Below, piece after piece: positions 37,553 through 47,074 of a stretch of DNA of 64,000 nt (position 1 is the first letter of the stretch; each line of letters starts with the position of its first letter). The position numbers and the translations under genes are program-made. Under the pieces are notes generated by a model. That model made no database searches, had not been told where the DNA came from, and saw only the letters and a list, made by a program, of their open reading frames with translations. This DNA comes from a virus, in IMG/VR virus record IMGVR_UViG_3300044797_000318, positions 74,672 to 138,671 of that record, one strand, 5' to 3'.

Positions 37553-38068
37553 TTACTTACCGCAACTGGCAGAACAAGCTGTATTGTCAGCCTGACACTT
37601 ATCGAAAGCCGTTTGACATTCGCAAAGACAAGCTGCACGATCCTTCTCTTCACATTGAGAAGTGTCATTGCAGAAAGCCTCACAAACACATTTTTGTGCA
37701 TTGCAATCTTGTGGCTGGCAAGCATCGGGCTCTGCATGAGAGTCGGAACCGGGGTTAGAATCGACAGGTGGATTAGAGTCCACAGGTGGTTTGGTGTCAG
37801 TGGGCGGGGCCGTATCTTTGACCGTTACCACATCATCGTTGATATTGCTATCGCTGTGATTATCACAATCCGCCTGATCATTACCATCGGTATTGTTACT
37901 GGAATCAACAGTCCCTGTTTCTGGGTTGCTGTTGGTATCTTCCAGACCTGAATCAGTAGTTCCGACATTAGCATCATCGTCGGTAGGAGGAATGATATCA
38001 GCTGAGGAGCCACATCCTGCCATCAGGCCAGTGACTAAGATCAATTTGATCAATGTTTGAGTTCGCAT
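37553..38068 (-). CDS. Lipoprotein with D/T/P-rich linker and Cys-rich C-domain
   Basis: MAGC lipobox, PPVDSN repeats, about 10 Cys in the C-terminus. Confidence 0.75.
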   Translation of the reverse strand: MRTQTLIKLILVTGLMAGCGSSADIIPPTDDDANVGTTDSGLEDTNSNPETGTVDSSNNTDGNDQADCDNHSDSNINDDVVTVKDTAPPTDTKPPVDSNPPVDSNPGSDSHAEPDACQPQDCNAQKCVCEAFCNDTSQCEEKDRAACLCECQTAFDKCQADNTACSASCGK

Positions 38069-38100
38069 GTTTTTATTTCCTTGTATAATAGTTGTTTGGT

Positions 38101-39165
38101 TTAGTTGGTTGCATCAACAGAAGAGAAGGTGACCACGAACTCTACTCGACGATTACGCTCACGACCTTCTTTAGTCGTATTAGGGGCGGACGGATGAGCA
38201 ATGCCCATTGGGGCGCCCACCAATCGAGCAGCATCGACACCATGATCCACCAGATATTGTTTGACCGCAACGGTGCGTTGGGCAGATAATACCTCATTGT
38301 GAGCTAGTTGACCCTCAGAAGATGCGTGACCCTCAACCTTCATAGCCAACTTAGGATGAGCTTGGAATTGTTTGACCACCACATCCAACTTATCACGAGA
38401 TTCCCAACGTAGAGTGGCCTTATCAAAATCGAAATAGACCTTCTCAATTAGATTGAGTTGATCTACTTCCTTGGTAGCCACCGGAGTAGGGCAAGGTTTG
38501 TCATCGTCATGCACGTCCACAAAAGAGACAGTATTGACATTGTGCGTCTTTACCCTTGGGGTAGTTGGAGCATCAAAGGAGAAGGAAAGACCAACCTGCA
38601 ACAAGTTGACATCGCTTCGATTGAGCTCAATATTACCGAATGCGTTCTCATTGGTGTTGTCAGCGGTTTGGAAAACGTGAGTATAACGCACGAAAGGACC
38701 TAACCAGAAAATATGATTCTGATCCAGAGGCATCTCACCACCAATTCCAACATCACCTGCTGGTAGCACTAGGCCACCAGTATCGGCTGCCATCAAATCC
38801 ACGTCAACCCAAGGAGAGAATTCCCCGAGAAATCGATTATGGTAAGAAGCTCGACGATCTGTTTGCAATCGTACGGAACCACCGAACTGCCACAGTACGC
38901 CCGCATTCTGCCCATTATCAGTGGCACGTGGTAGATACATAGTAGAAACAGAGGGACCAATAGCAAGGTTAGGAATCAAGGTAAACATCCCCTTAGCTCC
39001 TAAAGCCAAACCAGGATCATAAATACCGCTTTGTGGAGAAGATAGCGGAATGACTACACCGGGTTCCAAATGTAAACTGAAGGAGTTGTCCGCAGAAGCG
39101 GTACCAGTAATAGTTGTGAGAAGGGCAGCGGTTGTTGCTGCTAAAATAGAGAAATGTCTTATCAT
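38101..39165 (-). CDS. OmpA-family protein (beta-barrel plus C-terminal PG-binding domain)
   Basis: Signal peptide; VYFDFDK, VEGHA, N..LS..R..AV..YL, NRRVEF. Confidence 0.92.
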   Translation of the reverse strand: MIRHFSILAATTAALLTTITGTASADNSFSLHLEPGVVIPLSSPQSGIYDPGLALGAKGMFTLIPNLAIGPSVSTMYLPRATDNGQNAGVLWQFGGSVRLQTDRRASYHNRFLGEFSPWVDVDLMAADTGGLVLPAGDVGIGGEMPLDQNHIFWLGPFVRYTHVFQTADNTNENAFGNIELNRSDVNLLQVGLSFSFDAPTTPRVKTHNVNTVSFVDVHDDDKPCPTPVATKEVDQLNLIEKVYFDFDKATLRWESRDKLDVVVKQFQAHPKLAMKVEGHASSEGQLAHNEVLSAQRTVAVKQYLVDHGVDAARLVGAPMGIAHPSAPNTTKEGRERNRRVEFVVTFSSVDATN

Positions 39166-39207
39166 TGAAAATCCTTATAATGTGAGGTTGAAAAATTCCT
39201 GAAAAAT

Positions 39208-39697
39208 CTAAACACGAAACGAAGAACCGTCAAGGCGGGGGTCAACAAAAATAATTTCACGACCCACATTTTTGGCGTATTCCACGCAGTTAGCTGTGCC
39301 GCCTTTCGATCCATCCCATACGGCAATCAATTTATCGCAATGGTCAACCATCCACTCATTACGAATTTGCATTTTATAAGCAGCATAACCGCCATCACTA
39401 ACAATAACTTCTTCGGAGGCTAGCTTGCGTAAAAGCCGATATGTTTTTTGACTGACCTCGGGCCACGCCATCTCTTGCCCCTCAAAAGGAATGCAAGCTA
39501 CTAATGGAATACGAAGTTTGAGGCAAACACTGGCAAAATATTGATCGGTACCTAAGGCCATACCCGACAAACATTTTTCGGGTTTCATTTCCAATAATAG
39601 CCTCTCAATTTCTCGGCAAATTTTATTATAGGTTGGATTAGGTAATTTGTATCCACCGATTTTTTGTCGGCCTGGATCCCGTGATTGCTATTATCAT
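39208..39697 (-). pseudogene. YspA/DUF1273 SLOG-family protein with a +1 frameshift in an A6 run
   Basis: MIIAITGSRPTK then IGGYKLPN in another frame...SGMALGTDQ...RNEWMVD...AVWDGSKGGT. Confidence 0.75.
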
Positions 39698-39969
39698 TTT
39701 TGTATGGTTACTTGTTCGTGTGCTTGCATCTCTTCCGCCTCAATCAATTGCATAAACTCATCGTGAATTTCTTGCGACTCGTTGTTGCGCTGAATGTAAA
39801 ACAGACCTACCGATTGCTCGCCTAACAAACCCAAGAACTCATACTTGACTTTGACCTTGCCAACAATAATGGTGTTGATAGCGGAGGCGAAACTAGCCAT
39901 TTCATCTTCACTTTGGAAGAGGTGAGCGGCTGGTAGATTGACTAATATTTCCTTGGGTTTGATTTTCAT
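39694..39969 (-). CDS. Hypothetical protein
   Basis: Likely start MKIKPKE after a GGAGG SD. Confidence 0.6.
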   Translation of the reverse strand: MKIKPKEILVNLPAAHLFQSEDEMASFASAINTIIVGKVKVKYEFLGLLGEQSVGLFYIQRNNESQEIHDEFMQLIEAEEMQAHEQVTIQK

Positions 39970-39970
39970 C

Positions 39971-40615
39971 TTACACCTCCACAACAACAGGCAAATTTTC
40001 TGGTTTATAATAATCGGTGCAGACAGCAGCATTGATAAACTTGACGCCATCTCGCTCAACCATTTTACCACCATCACGATGTAAGTGTCCAAAGATATGA
40101 ACTTTGAGATTAGTTAGTTGCGGCAATCTCTTGGCCAACAATTCACAACCCTGACTACCAGCTTGAATGGTGTCATCCAAGATACCATAAGGGGGACAAT
40201 GAGTAATCAAGATATTAGTGTCCTCGGGGATCATATCCCATTTTTGAGATAGTTCATCACCATTTCGTGGTAAGTTCCACTCCCAATCATGAAATGCCGG
40301 TTGCCAAGGAGAACCATAGAAGTAAAAATTATTTATTCTTGCACTCTTATCTTCAAGATAAAAAGATCCAGTATCATCAAACATTTGAAGGGCAATGTTT
40401 CTCTTTTGTTCATTACGAATGCCAAGCTCATGATTACCACAAACAATTATTTTATTCTTGTGTGGTAATTCTTTCCACCAATTACAAAAATCGGCAATAA
40501 TTTCTAATTCACCTCTCCAAGTAATATCGCCCGCATGAACCAAAATATCACCGTCAGGAACAATAATATTACGATGATATGAGTGTGTATCGGAGATTGC
40601 TACTATTGTTGTCAT
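39971..40615 (-). CDS. Metallophosphoesterase (MPPED/239FB-like)
   Basis: ISDTH, HAGD, GNHE, ITHCPP, FGHLH. Confidence 0.9.
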   Translation of the reverse strand: MTTIVAISDTHSYHRNIIVPDGDILVHAGDITWRGELEIIADFCNWWKELPHKNKIIVCGNHELGIRNEQKRNIALQMFDDTGSFYLEDKSARINNFYFYGSPWQPAFHDWEWNLPRNGDELSQKWDMIPEDTNILITHCPPYGILDDTIQAGSQGCELLAKRLPQLTNLKVHIFGHLHRDGGKMVERDGVKFINAAVCTDYYKPENLPVVVEV

Positions 40616-40815
40616 TCTAATTCCGTTTTTATTGAGATTCCATCTACTACTGGCGAAACAAGTTTTCTAATTTTATTATCTATTTGATGGGCCATCATAA
40701 CGATACCAAAACCGTCATCCGTAGAAATAACCACACTGGAACTATACCAAGCATATTGGGAATACTTCATCTTCAATTTCAGGCGAACTTGATTGGCTTC
40801 CTTGAAAGTAGACAT
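40612..40815 (-). CDS. Hypothetical protein
   Basis: AGGAG SD; coupled. Confidence 0.6.
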   Translation of the reverse strand: MSTFKEANQVRLKLKMKYSQYAWYSSSVVISTDDGFGIVMMAHQIDNKIRKLVSPVVDGISIKTELE

Positions 40816-40825
40816 AGCAGCTCCT

Positions 40826-41431
40826 TCAACTAAAAAGTATATAGGTTTTTATTTTATCTATCAGACTATCTTGATCAGAATAATCCCAAGTGGTTAGTGG
40901 CAACTTCAATACTAATTTTCGAGGGGTATAATCATCAAGTTTGTATATCACAGTAACATCTTGGAAAAAATCTAAAGTAATTTGATATTCAGGAATATCT
41001 CGCCGAAACAACGAGATACATTCTTGTTCTAACCCAGTATTGAATATATTTCCATTAACTGACTCAAACTCTACATCTAGGGTCGATACCCAAGTATGAT
41101 GACAATTTTGACAACTAGCATTGATCCAAAAATAAAAATAACGACTTGTGTCCTCATTTGGATTTATTGTTACACAATGATCGGGATACGGCCGATCTTT
41201 TATCTCAACTTGATACGTGTTATTATCACAGTTGATCTGATATATTGGTAAGCAATTTTTCTTTTTGTTTCGACATTGAATTGTTAGTAAGTGGTTTTCT
41301 TTTAGGAAACCAAGGCACTCAAAATTTGGATCAGGTCCCACCGATAAGTCTATGGTTCTAGTATCTTTTTGACACAGAGGACAAAATAAACAATGATCCC
41401 AAAGTTCTTGAAGTGTATTGAATATTTTCAT
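40826..41431 (-). CDS. Cys-rich protein ending ...KIKTYILFS
   Basis: CPLC...CQNC. Confidence 0.65.
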   Translation of the reverse strand: MKIFNTLQELWDHCLFCPLCQKDTRTIDLSVGPDPNFECLGFLKENHLLTIQCRNKKKNCLPIYQINCDNNTYQVEIKDRPYPDHCVTINPNEDTSRYFYFWINASCQNCHHTWVSTLDVEFESVNGNIFNTGLEQECISLFRRDIPEYQITLDFFQDVTVIYKLDDYTPRKLVLKLPLTTWDYSDQDSLIDKIKTYILFS

Positions 41432-41966
41432 ATTACTCTGGATGCCAATGAAATATCAAAAAATCTTAGACATGGTCGAAAAATTCGTCGTTTTAGCTCA
41501 GGTCAAAACGGTGATCGTCAATAATCCTATATCCGGTCACGATACGGTGGATAAAGCATATGAGGAGCGACAACATAAGCTACAAGAGTTTTCTAATCTT
41601 TTCAAGCGTAATCTAACGGCCGTAATCAATGAAATGAGCGGAGATATGATCACCCTCAAAGAACGAGGCTTTGATCATAAAATGATGTCTTTATTAGCCA
41701 AAGTTCAACACGATCTTATTGAAATAAACAAGGAAATTGAAGACATCAATCCTTATATTGCTGCTCAAAAATTAGTCAATTTTGTTTCAGAAAGACCTAA
41801 CAAGCCTATAATTGACAACTTAGAGTTTTTAGCCACGCATCATCTCAAACAAACCAACGAGGGAATAAATCTCTCTAAGTATTTGGGGTATCCCAGATTT
41901 CATAGTATAGAAACACTTAGGGCATTAGCTACACAACTTCATCTTTACATAGAGAAAAATCTGTAA
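41418..41966 (+). CDS. Hypothetical helical protein
   Basis: Long ORF; probable start MPMKYQ at 41442. Confidence 0.6.
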   Translation: MNIFILLWMPMKYQKILDMVEKFVVLAQVKTVIVNNPISGHDTVDKAYEERQHKLQEFSNLFKRNLTAVINEMSGDMITLKERGFDHKMMSLLAKVQHDLIEINKEIEDINPYIAAQKLVNFVSERPNKPIIDNLEFLATHHLKQTNEGINLSKYLGYPRFHSIETLRALATQLHLYIEKNL

Positions 41967-42491
41967 TTACTTGGTTGGGAATAAAGAAGGTTGCTTCTGA
42001 AACAAATCATCCCACAGAGTTCTAGCCGTAGGTAAGGGAACGACAGGAGCAGGGGTTGACATTGAAGTATTGATGGCGGCTGCTAATGCCGTAGCTGATA
42101 CATTGACGATGGGTGGTGGTACTGGTGCAGAAGCGCGAGCAGCTTGCGCTGCCACTACCACAGTTTGCGCTCTTGCCATAGGACGTAGGGAAGATTGGGC
42201 TCGTTTTTGGATTGTATATTTACTATCCAAGTCCCAAGAAGCTGTGAGTGGATGGTAAAGTAAGGCCTCTGCTGTGGTTCCATTTCCTAAGGTGACGGTA
42301 ATAGGCGTGCGAGCCCAGCCCTCATTTTCGATATTAGTAGTAAATATACTACGGACTACATCGCGCACCTCTCTATGACGTGCGTGCGGCATAACCGTTT
42401 TGACTTCGTTGCTAACATCTAATGCTGTGAAAAGCACCTCTCTATTGATGAAATCTTCCACTACTGCGAGAACTGTGTCTTGTAAATTCAT
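41967..42491 (-). CDS. Hypothetical protein with A/P-rich tail
   Basis: AAGGA SD; FTALDVS motif. Confidence 0.65.
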   Translation of the reverse strand: MNLQDTVLAVVEDFINREVLFTALDVSNEVKTVMPHARHREVRDVVRSIFTTNIENEGWARTPITVTLGNGTTAEALLYHPLTASWDLDSKYTIQKRAQSSLRPMARAQTVVVAAQAARASAPVPPPIVNVSATALAAAINTSMSTPAPVVPLPTARTLWDDLFQKQPSLFPTK

Positions 42492-42496
42492 TGTTA

Positions 42497-43048
42497 TTAT
42501 CCTTTATGCATGAATGATTCTAAATCGATAAATTTGAGCGCGCCTTTTTTATTTTGCATGATATTCCATTCGTGGAAATCATAGTATGTGTATTTTATTT
42601 TGCGAGCGTGTGTGATAAAAGTTTTGACCTTAGAAGTCATATATCTTTCATATTGCTTGATGTATTCTTTATTCTCTGGAAAGTATAAGGCTGTTTCGAT
42701 AGCCGAAACCTTACTTTCTCGTAAGCCAATAGGTATCAGTTTGAGTTTATCCATTACATAATAGTAATATTTTTGCTCGACCGACTTTCCTTCAACTCGA
42801 CGAATGGCAGTGAATGATCCTATTTTATATAATTTGACTATGGCTGGATTTTTAGAATTCATAATATATTCTAAAATACCTAAACTATTGAACCTATTAC
42901 GATGATTTTCGGCAATCTTGACCACACGATTAGGGTATTTATCGAGACGATAAATGCATCCATCACCTCGGTAAATTCTTCTACCAAGTTTCAATCCTGA
43001 ATGATTTTGGAATTCCCGCTGTTCGGGCGTTAGTTTTTTGGAGGGCAT
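42497..43048 (-). CDS. Minimal protein-kinase-like (PKL fold) protein
   Basis: GDGCIY, VVK, YVMDKL, DFHEWNIM catalytic loop, FID. Confidence 0.75.
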   Translation of the reverse strand: MPSKKLTPEQREFQNHSGLKLGRRIYRGDGCIYRLDKYPNRVVKIAENHRNRFNSLGILEYIMNSKNPAIVKLYKIGSFTAIRRVEGKSVEQKYYYYVMDKLKLIPIGLRESKVSAIETALYFPENKEYIKQYERYMTSKVKTFITHARKIKYTYYDFHEWNIMQNKKGALKFIDLESFMHKG

Positions 43049-43102
43049 GCTAACAACCTAAAAATTATAAATAAAAAGTCAAGGGCGGGGATAATTTTTT
43101 CG

Positions 43103-43534
43103 CTATTCACCTTTCAACTCTTCCCTTATCTCCATCAATATTTGACCCAGTTCATTCCTACCGTTTCCATCTTTGCCACAACCCCACCAACTATCCACGG
43201 GCAAGTCTTCTATCAATTCTTCGGTGCCAGTTTCCATTAGTTGCTTACGCAAATCGGCGTGTTGCAAAAACTTAGCCAAACAACATTCTTTCATGACAGT
43301 GCGCTTGATCTGATCCCAATCGGGGATCATGGTTACTGTCTGACCTAAGTCTCTGGCTTGCATCGGTTTGGTAGCTTCCCAGATCAATTTCTTCTCAGCC
43401 AGATTGTAGGTCTTTTGAGATTGATAGGGGGCCTCGATCCAGTTCCACCACTGCCCATAGATATACATTCTGGCTTTCCAGAAGTTGCCTAAGAAGCCTC
43501 CTGGGTCTTTGATACGATAAAATTTGAGTGCCAT
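43103..43534 (-). CDS. NADAR (YbiA/DUF1768) family hydrolase
   Basis: FLGNF, E..YQSQK, AKFLQH..L...L..TG...LIE, D.WWG, G.N.LG.ILM.IR. Confidence 0.92.
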   Translation of the reverse strand: MALKFYRIKDPGGFLGNFWKARMYIYGQWWNWIEAPYQSQKTYNLAEKKLIWEATKPMQARDLGQTVTMIPDWDQIKRTVMKECCLAKFLQHADLRKQLMETGTEELIEDLPVDSWWGCGKDGNGRNELGQILMEIREELKGE

Positions 43535-44016
43535 TATTCGTCTCCCTCACGACGGTAAATTCGCACTTTGACATCCTGCTCGCCAACATAGTTGGCAAAA
43601 TTGTTGATAATTCCAAGGTAATGTTCCCAATCGCCCCCACCAAGTCCGCAGCCCACTCTCCACGGAAATCCTACACTTTCCAGATCAGGTAGTTGAGCGA
43701 CACGCAATAATCCTCTATAAAAATATTTCTCTCGAGCAGCCAGACCATCTAAACTTGAAAGTGGATACCTACATCGACCCGGATAAATTTGCCCGTGTAA
43801 ATTAATAATAAGCCGTTTATCTATGCCATTACCACGTATATCAATTGTTCCCGCAATACTTTGCTCGATTCGATCGGCATAGCAATTAGCATAAGGATAC
43901 TTATCGAAAATTGCACGAGCAATTCCTGCCGCCCCACCATTAGAGATAGTGTTGGTCTGATGAATAATGTATTTCTCTTTGGCTTCTAAAAGATTGCCCG
44001 TAATTATTTCAATCAT
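43534..44016 (-). CDS. Macrodomain protein
   Basis: ITGNLL, IIHQTN, GAAGIARAI, FPWRVGCGLGGGDW. Confidence 0.9.
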   Translation of the reverse strand: MIEIITGNLLEAKEKYIIHQTNTISNGGAAGIARAIFDKYPYANCYADRIEQSIAGTIDIRGNGIDKRLIINLHGQIYPGRCRYPLSSLDGLAAREKYFYRGLLRVAQLPDLESVGFPWRVGCGLGGGDWEHYLGIINNFANYVGEQDVKVRIYRREGDE

Positions 44017-44022
44017 ACTAAT

Positions 44023-44184
44023 TCACCCACTATTTTGTCTATCTATCCATGGCACAACCCGAACGTTCTTGACACCTTCGTAACCAGCGATGTCATCCAT
44101 CTGATAGTAAACTTCCGTTTCAGAGTAAGGGCCAGCCTTCTGGGTTCCTGGAAACCCTTCAACTTCGTATTCTACAAAATACAT
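44023..44184 (-). CDS. Small hypothetical protein
   Basis: Likely start MYFVEY immediately after the upstream stop. Confidence 0.55.
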   Translation of the reverse strand: MYFVEYEVEGFPGTQKAGPYSETEVYYQMDDIAGYEGVKNVRVVPWIDRQNSG

Positions 44185-44185
44185 T

Positions 44186-44659
44186 CTAAAACCACCAATC
44201 AGGCACATTTCGTTTTGTCCATTTCGCGATATAAGCTTTGTCGCCTTTGTAATAATTACGGTAAGATTGCACGGGGTCATCCACCTTGTATTGATCGGGC
44301 ATACACTTTACGAAAGGCGCAAGGCCGATATTAGGGATAGATAACTTAGAAGCGTCCGAGTAAAAATTACTTAGAATTGATTGACACTTATGTGTCTTAC
44401 TATATCTATATGTATACTCTTCACATAAGGCCAAGCCAAGATTTAGCAACCAACCGAAATTCTCTCTTGACTGACTTGCCCAGATAGAAGCCGGATGATT
44501 CTTATGTGTCTGGCGATACACAGGAACATAAGATTTGTCGTAAGTAATCAGTGCGTTGTTAAGAAGCTGCGTGGTTTCAAGGATCATTTTGATACAATGT
44601 TTATCAACATGATATTGAGCAGCCTTCTTTACATCTGCATCTAAAACAAAGATGTTCAT
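44186..44659 (-). CDS. Pyrimidine-dimer DNA glycosylase (DenV)-like family protein
   Basis: MNIFVLD...DKH..KMILE..QLL, THKNHP..IW, EY..RY.K.H, YR.YY...K, WTKR..P.W. Confidence 0.75.
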   Translation of the reverse strand: MNIFVLDADVKKAAQYHVDKHCIKMILETTQLLNNALITYDKSYVPVYRQTHKNHPASIWASQSRENFGWLLNLGLALCEEYTYRYSKTHKCQSILSNFYSDASKLSIPNIGLAPFVKCMPDQYKVDDPVQSYRNYYKGDKAYIAKWTKRNVPDWWF

Positions 44660-46155
44660 CTTACTTGCGTCTCAAATTCGATTATATATTTTATGGCGTG
44701 TTGCTGATTTGGTCCCGTGGCATGGTAAGTAATCATTTCATCATTTATAACTCCACCTTGACCGGCTTTTGCCCATACGCTGTGATATGGTTTGATATTG
44801 GTGGCATTATAGTAGTGTGAGCCGGTAGCCATTTTTTGGTTTCCAAAAGCCACATCACATAAAAATAAATAAGCTGTTTTGTTATTTCCCTGTGCCCAAT
44901 ATGACCCCCTAACATCACAGTAATTAATTGATTTTGACGAAGATGAAGCAAAATAACAGCCATCTCCAAACATACTGCCGGCGTGAATAACTCCAGAAGG
45001 ACGAATCAAAAGTCCCTTGGTCGTGATACCAATCATGTTAGCACGGCGAGTGCCGTGCCAACCTGGCAACACATTAGCCCTTTGGTAAATCTCTTGCAAA
45101 GCCTTGGGAACATCAGGGCGTCTCTTGACCAAATTAGCATACACTTCGGAAGGAACCCATTTACCGCATTCTTTGGCAATGCGCTGAGCATTCTCAATGA
45201 AATTTTTATCTTCACTATGACGATTGACACGGAAGATTTTATGAGTTTTGAGCTTGCCTAAACCGCTATGGTTGCTGGCTCGGGTCTCCAAAACCATAGT
45301 GTCAATCCATTTCCAAGTAGGATCACTGGGATCTATGAATTCTAACTCAGCATTGAGTGTGGTATACTGCGAATCCACCGCACTCTTCTTAGAGATAACG
45401 GCTTGCACATTTTTCGCATCACTAAACACATCCATAATATCAAAAGCCCGATCGAGCTTATCATCGGTATCCAAACGCAAAGCGTCTGCATCCAATCGAC
45501 GATAGCCAAAGTTGTGAGGAATATTGGAGTAATAGAGGTTAGTCAGTTTATTTAGCTCTTGTTGATCTGGCTTGCCGTGGATGAGTTTACGGGCCTCTTC
45601 CAAAATATCACGACCTTTGGTTAGCTGATCCAAGGAAAGCTGTCCAAGAGGGCATTTGGCTGTGTCTAAGTTCATTTCAATGAACTCTTGCGTGACACCG
45701 AACCAAGTTCTAACCAAGTCTTGCACTTCTGCATGCAACTTACTAACAGTAGCTGGCTCTTCCTTGACCGTCACACCAGCTTTTTTGAGGGCCTCTACAG
45801 AGACAGCGGTGTTATCCACCTTAGATTTACCTACCTCGGAACCCACATCAGCTCGCACCAGCTTGACTTCTTGATAACCCTTCTTGATTTTAGCTTTGAT
45901 AATCTTATCAGCTTCTGCCTCCGCATGAGAAGCCGAATCAGCCATACGATATTCTCGTGCTGCTGTGCCACCTACTCGACCATATTGAGTGAATATACGC
46001 GCTTCACCAGTCTTGGCAACTTGCACTTCAGCGTTGTAATACTTGTTATTGTTATTGATTACATCAGTGAAATTGAGAGTTACCCTCTTAGTCACATCAT
46101 AATTGTTCGGAAACGCAGGTTCTGAACCTGCGTCATAAGATTTTAGTGCTGCCAT
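44656..46155 (-). CDS. Poly(ADP-ribose) polymerase: WGR + helical regulatory + catalytic domains
   Basis: NNNKYY..QYGRVG (WGR); PLGQLS, YYSNIPH (regulatory); WHGT, GSMFGDGCYFA, KSINY, NDEMITY (H-Y-E triad). Confidence 0.93.
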   Translation of the reverse strand: MAALKSYDAGSEPAFPNNYDVTKRVTLNFTDVINNNNKYYNAEVQVAKTGEARIFTQYGRVGGTAAREYRMADSASHAEAEADKIIKAKIKKGYQEVKLVRADVGSEVGKSKVDNTAVSVEALKKAGVTVKEEPATVSKLHAEVQDLVRTWFGVTQEFIEMNLDTAKCPLGQLSLDQLTKGRDILEEARKLIHGKPDQQELNKLTNLYYSNIPHNFGYRRLDADALRLDTDDKLDRAFDIMDVFSDAKNVQAVISKKSAVDSQYTTLNAELEFIDPSDPTWKWIDTMVLETRASNHSGLGKLKTHKIFRVNRHSEDKNFIENAQRIAKECGKWVPSEVYANLVKRRPDVPKALQEIYQRANVLPGWHGTRRANMIGITTKGLLIRPSGVIHAGSMFGDGCYFASSSSKSINYCDVRGSYWAQGNNKTAYLFLCDVAFGNQKMATGSHYYNATNIKPYHSVWAKAGQGGVINDEMITYHATGPNQQHAIKYIIEFETQVR

Positions 46156-46267
46156 ATGTCCTCTTATCTTATTCGGATGACTATTATAAGTCAGTTTGAT
46201 TATTCGATAGACAATCCCGAAGGATTATAATTTCTAATACTAATAAACGATCTTTTTCTCGACAAAA

Positions 46268-46522
46268 TCAATTTTCAGGAACAAACTTTATGACGATACT
46301 GCCACTCTCATCACCTATGTCATTGAAGGCGGCAAAAGTGCAAATCATAAGCTTATCCTTATAGGGCCAACAACAGTTGGAACCATCACTATATTGGCCT
46401 GAATAACAACTAAGTTGTTGATCTCGACTTTTATAAAGAAAGCGATGACCAGCAGGTGTCAAAATAAGATTTCCACCACAACTTGTGAGTAATAACAATA
46501 TAATCAACCAGTAGTATTTCAT
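46268..46522 (-). CDS. Small predicted lipoprotein
   Basis: LLTSC lipobox-like sequence. Confidence 0.6.
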   Translation of the reverse strand: MKYYWLIILLLLTSCGGNLILTPAGHRFLYKSRDQQLSCYSGQYSDGSNCCWPYKDKLMICTFAAFNDIGDESGSIVIKFVPEN

Positions 46523-46535
46523 ACTGAGAAATATA

Positions 46536-46841
46536 TCACTTAGGCTCTCGATGTAAATAGAGGAGCAGTCCGTCTATTATAAGACAGACAGTACCGCCCG
46601 TCAAGGCCCAACAGATAGCCCAGCCCAATTTATAGGGTTCTTGCGTCAGAAAATAGACCACCAACCCCGCCCAACAGCCAGTGCAGAAATAGCAATCTAA
46701 TAACTTGAAGATTACCACGCCCACCCACGGAAGGCGGAATAGAAGATTTCGTAAATGCCCCATCATATTCCAAGGGCCATCCGTCTCTTTGATGGCAAAA
46801 GCTAAACCAAAAATAGCTAGCAGGGCAATTAGTGTATTCAT
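46536..46841 (-). CDS. DUF1360-like membrane protein
   Basis: Three TM segments, CYFCTGCW; start MNTLIA overlaps the upstream stop. Confidence 0.65.
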   Translation of the reverse strand: MNTLIALLAIFGLAFAIKETDGPWNMMGHLRNLLFRLPWVGVVIFKLLDCYFCTGCWAGLVVYFLTQEPYKLGWAICWALTGGTVCLIIDGLLLYLHREPK

Positions 46842-47071
46842 AATATCTCGCGCAAAAGTTTCAAGATATGTCCGGCATTCTTTCCGTGCCATACCAGACA
46901 AGAAGTGTCGATAGCACAAATAGGAATTTCTTTTTGCTGGACAAGTTTATTCAATTCATTACCGCTAAGTTCTATTCGTAATAGTTTGCCTTGAACATCT
47001 GGGAAAACCTGGCCAATAGTAAAAGAATAATTGATATCTTGTTTATTGTGATTGGTAAATATTTTCAACAT
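46838..47071 (-). CDS. Hypothetical protein
   Basis: ORF in gene run. Confidence 0.55.
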   Translation of the reverse strand: MLKIFTNHNKQDINYSFTIGQVFPDVQGKLLRIELSGNELNKLVQQKEIPICAIDTSCLVWHGKNAGHILKLLREIL

Positions 47072-47074
47072 TGT

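Noticed and set aside
36450-37758. ORFs 36450..36869, 36687..36923, 36724..37107, 37229..37501 and 37489..37758
   Set aside because: Shadow frames over Leu tRNAs or over better-supported genes.
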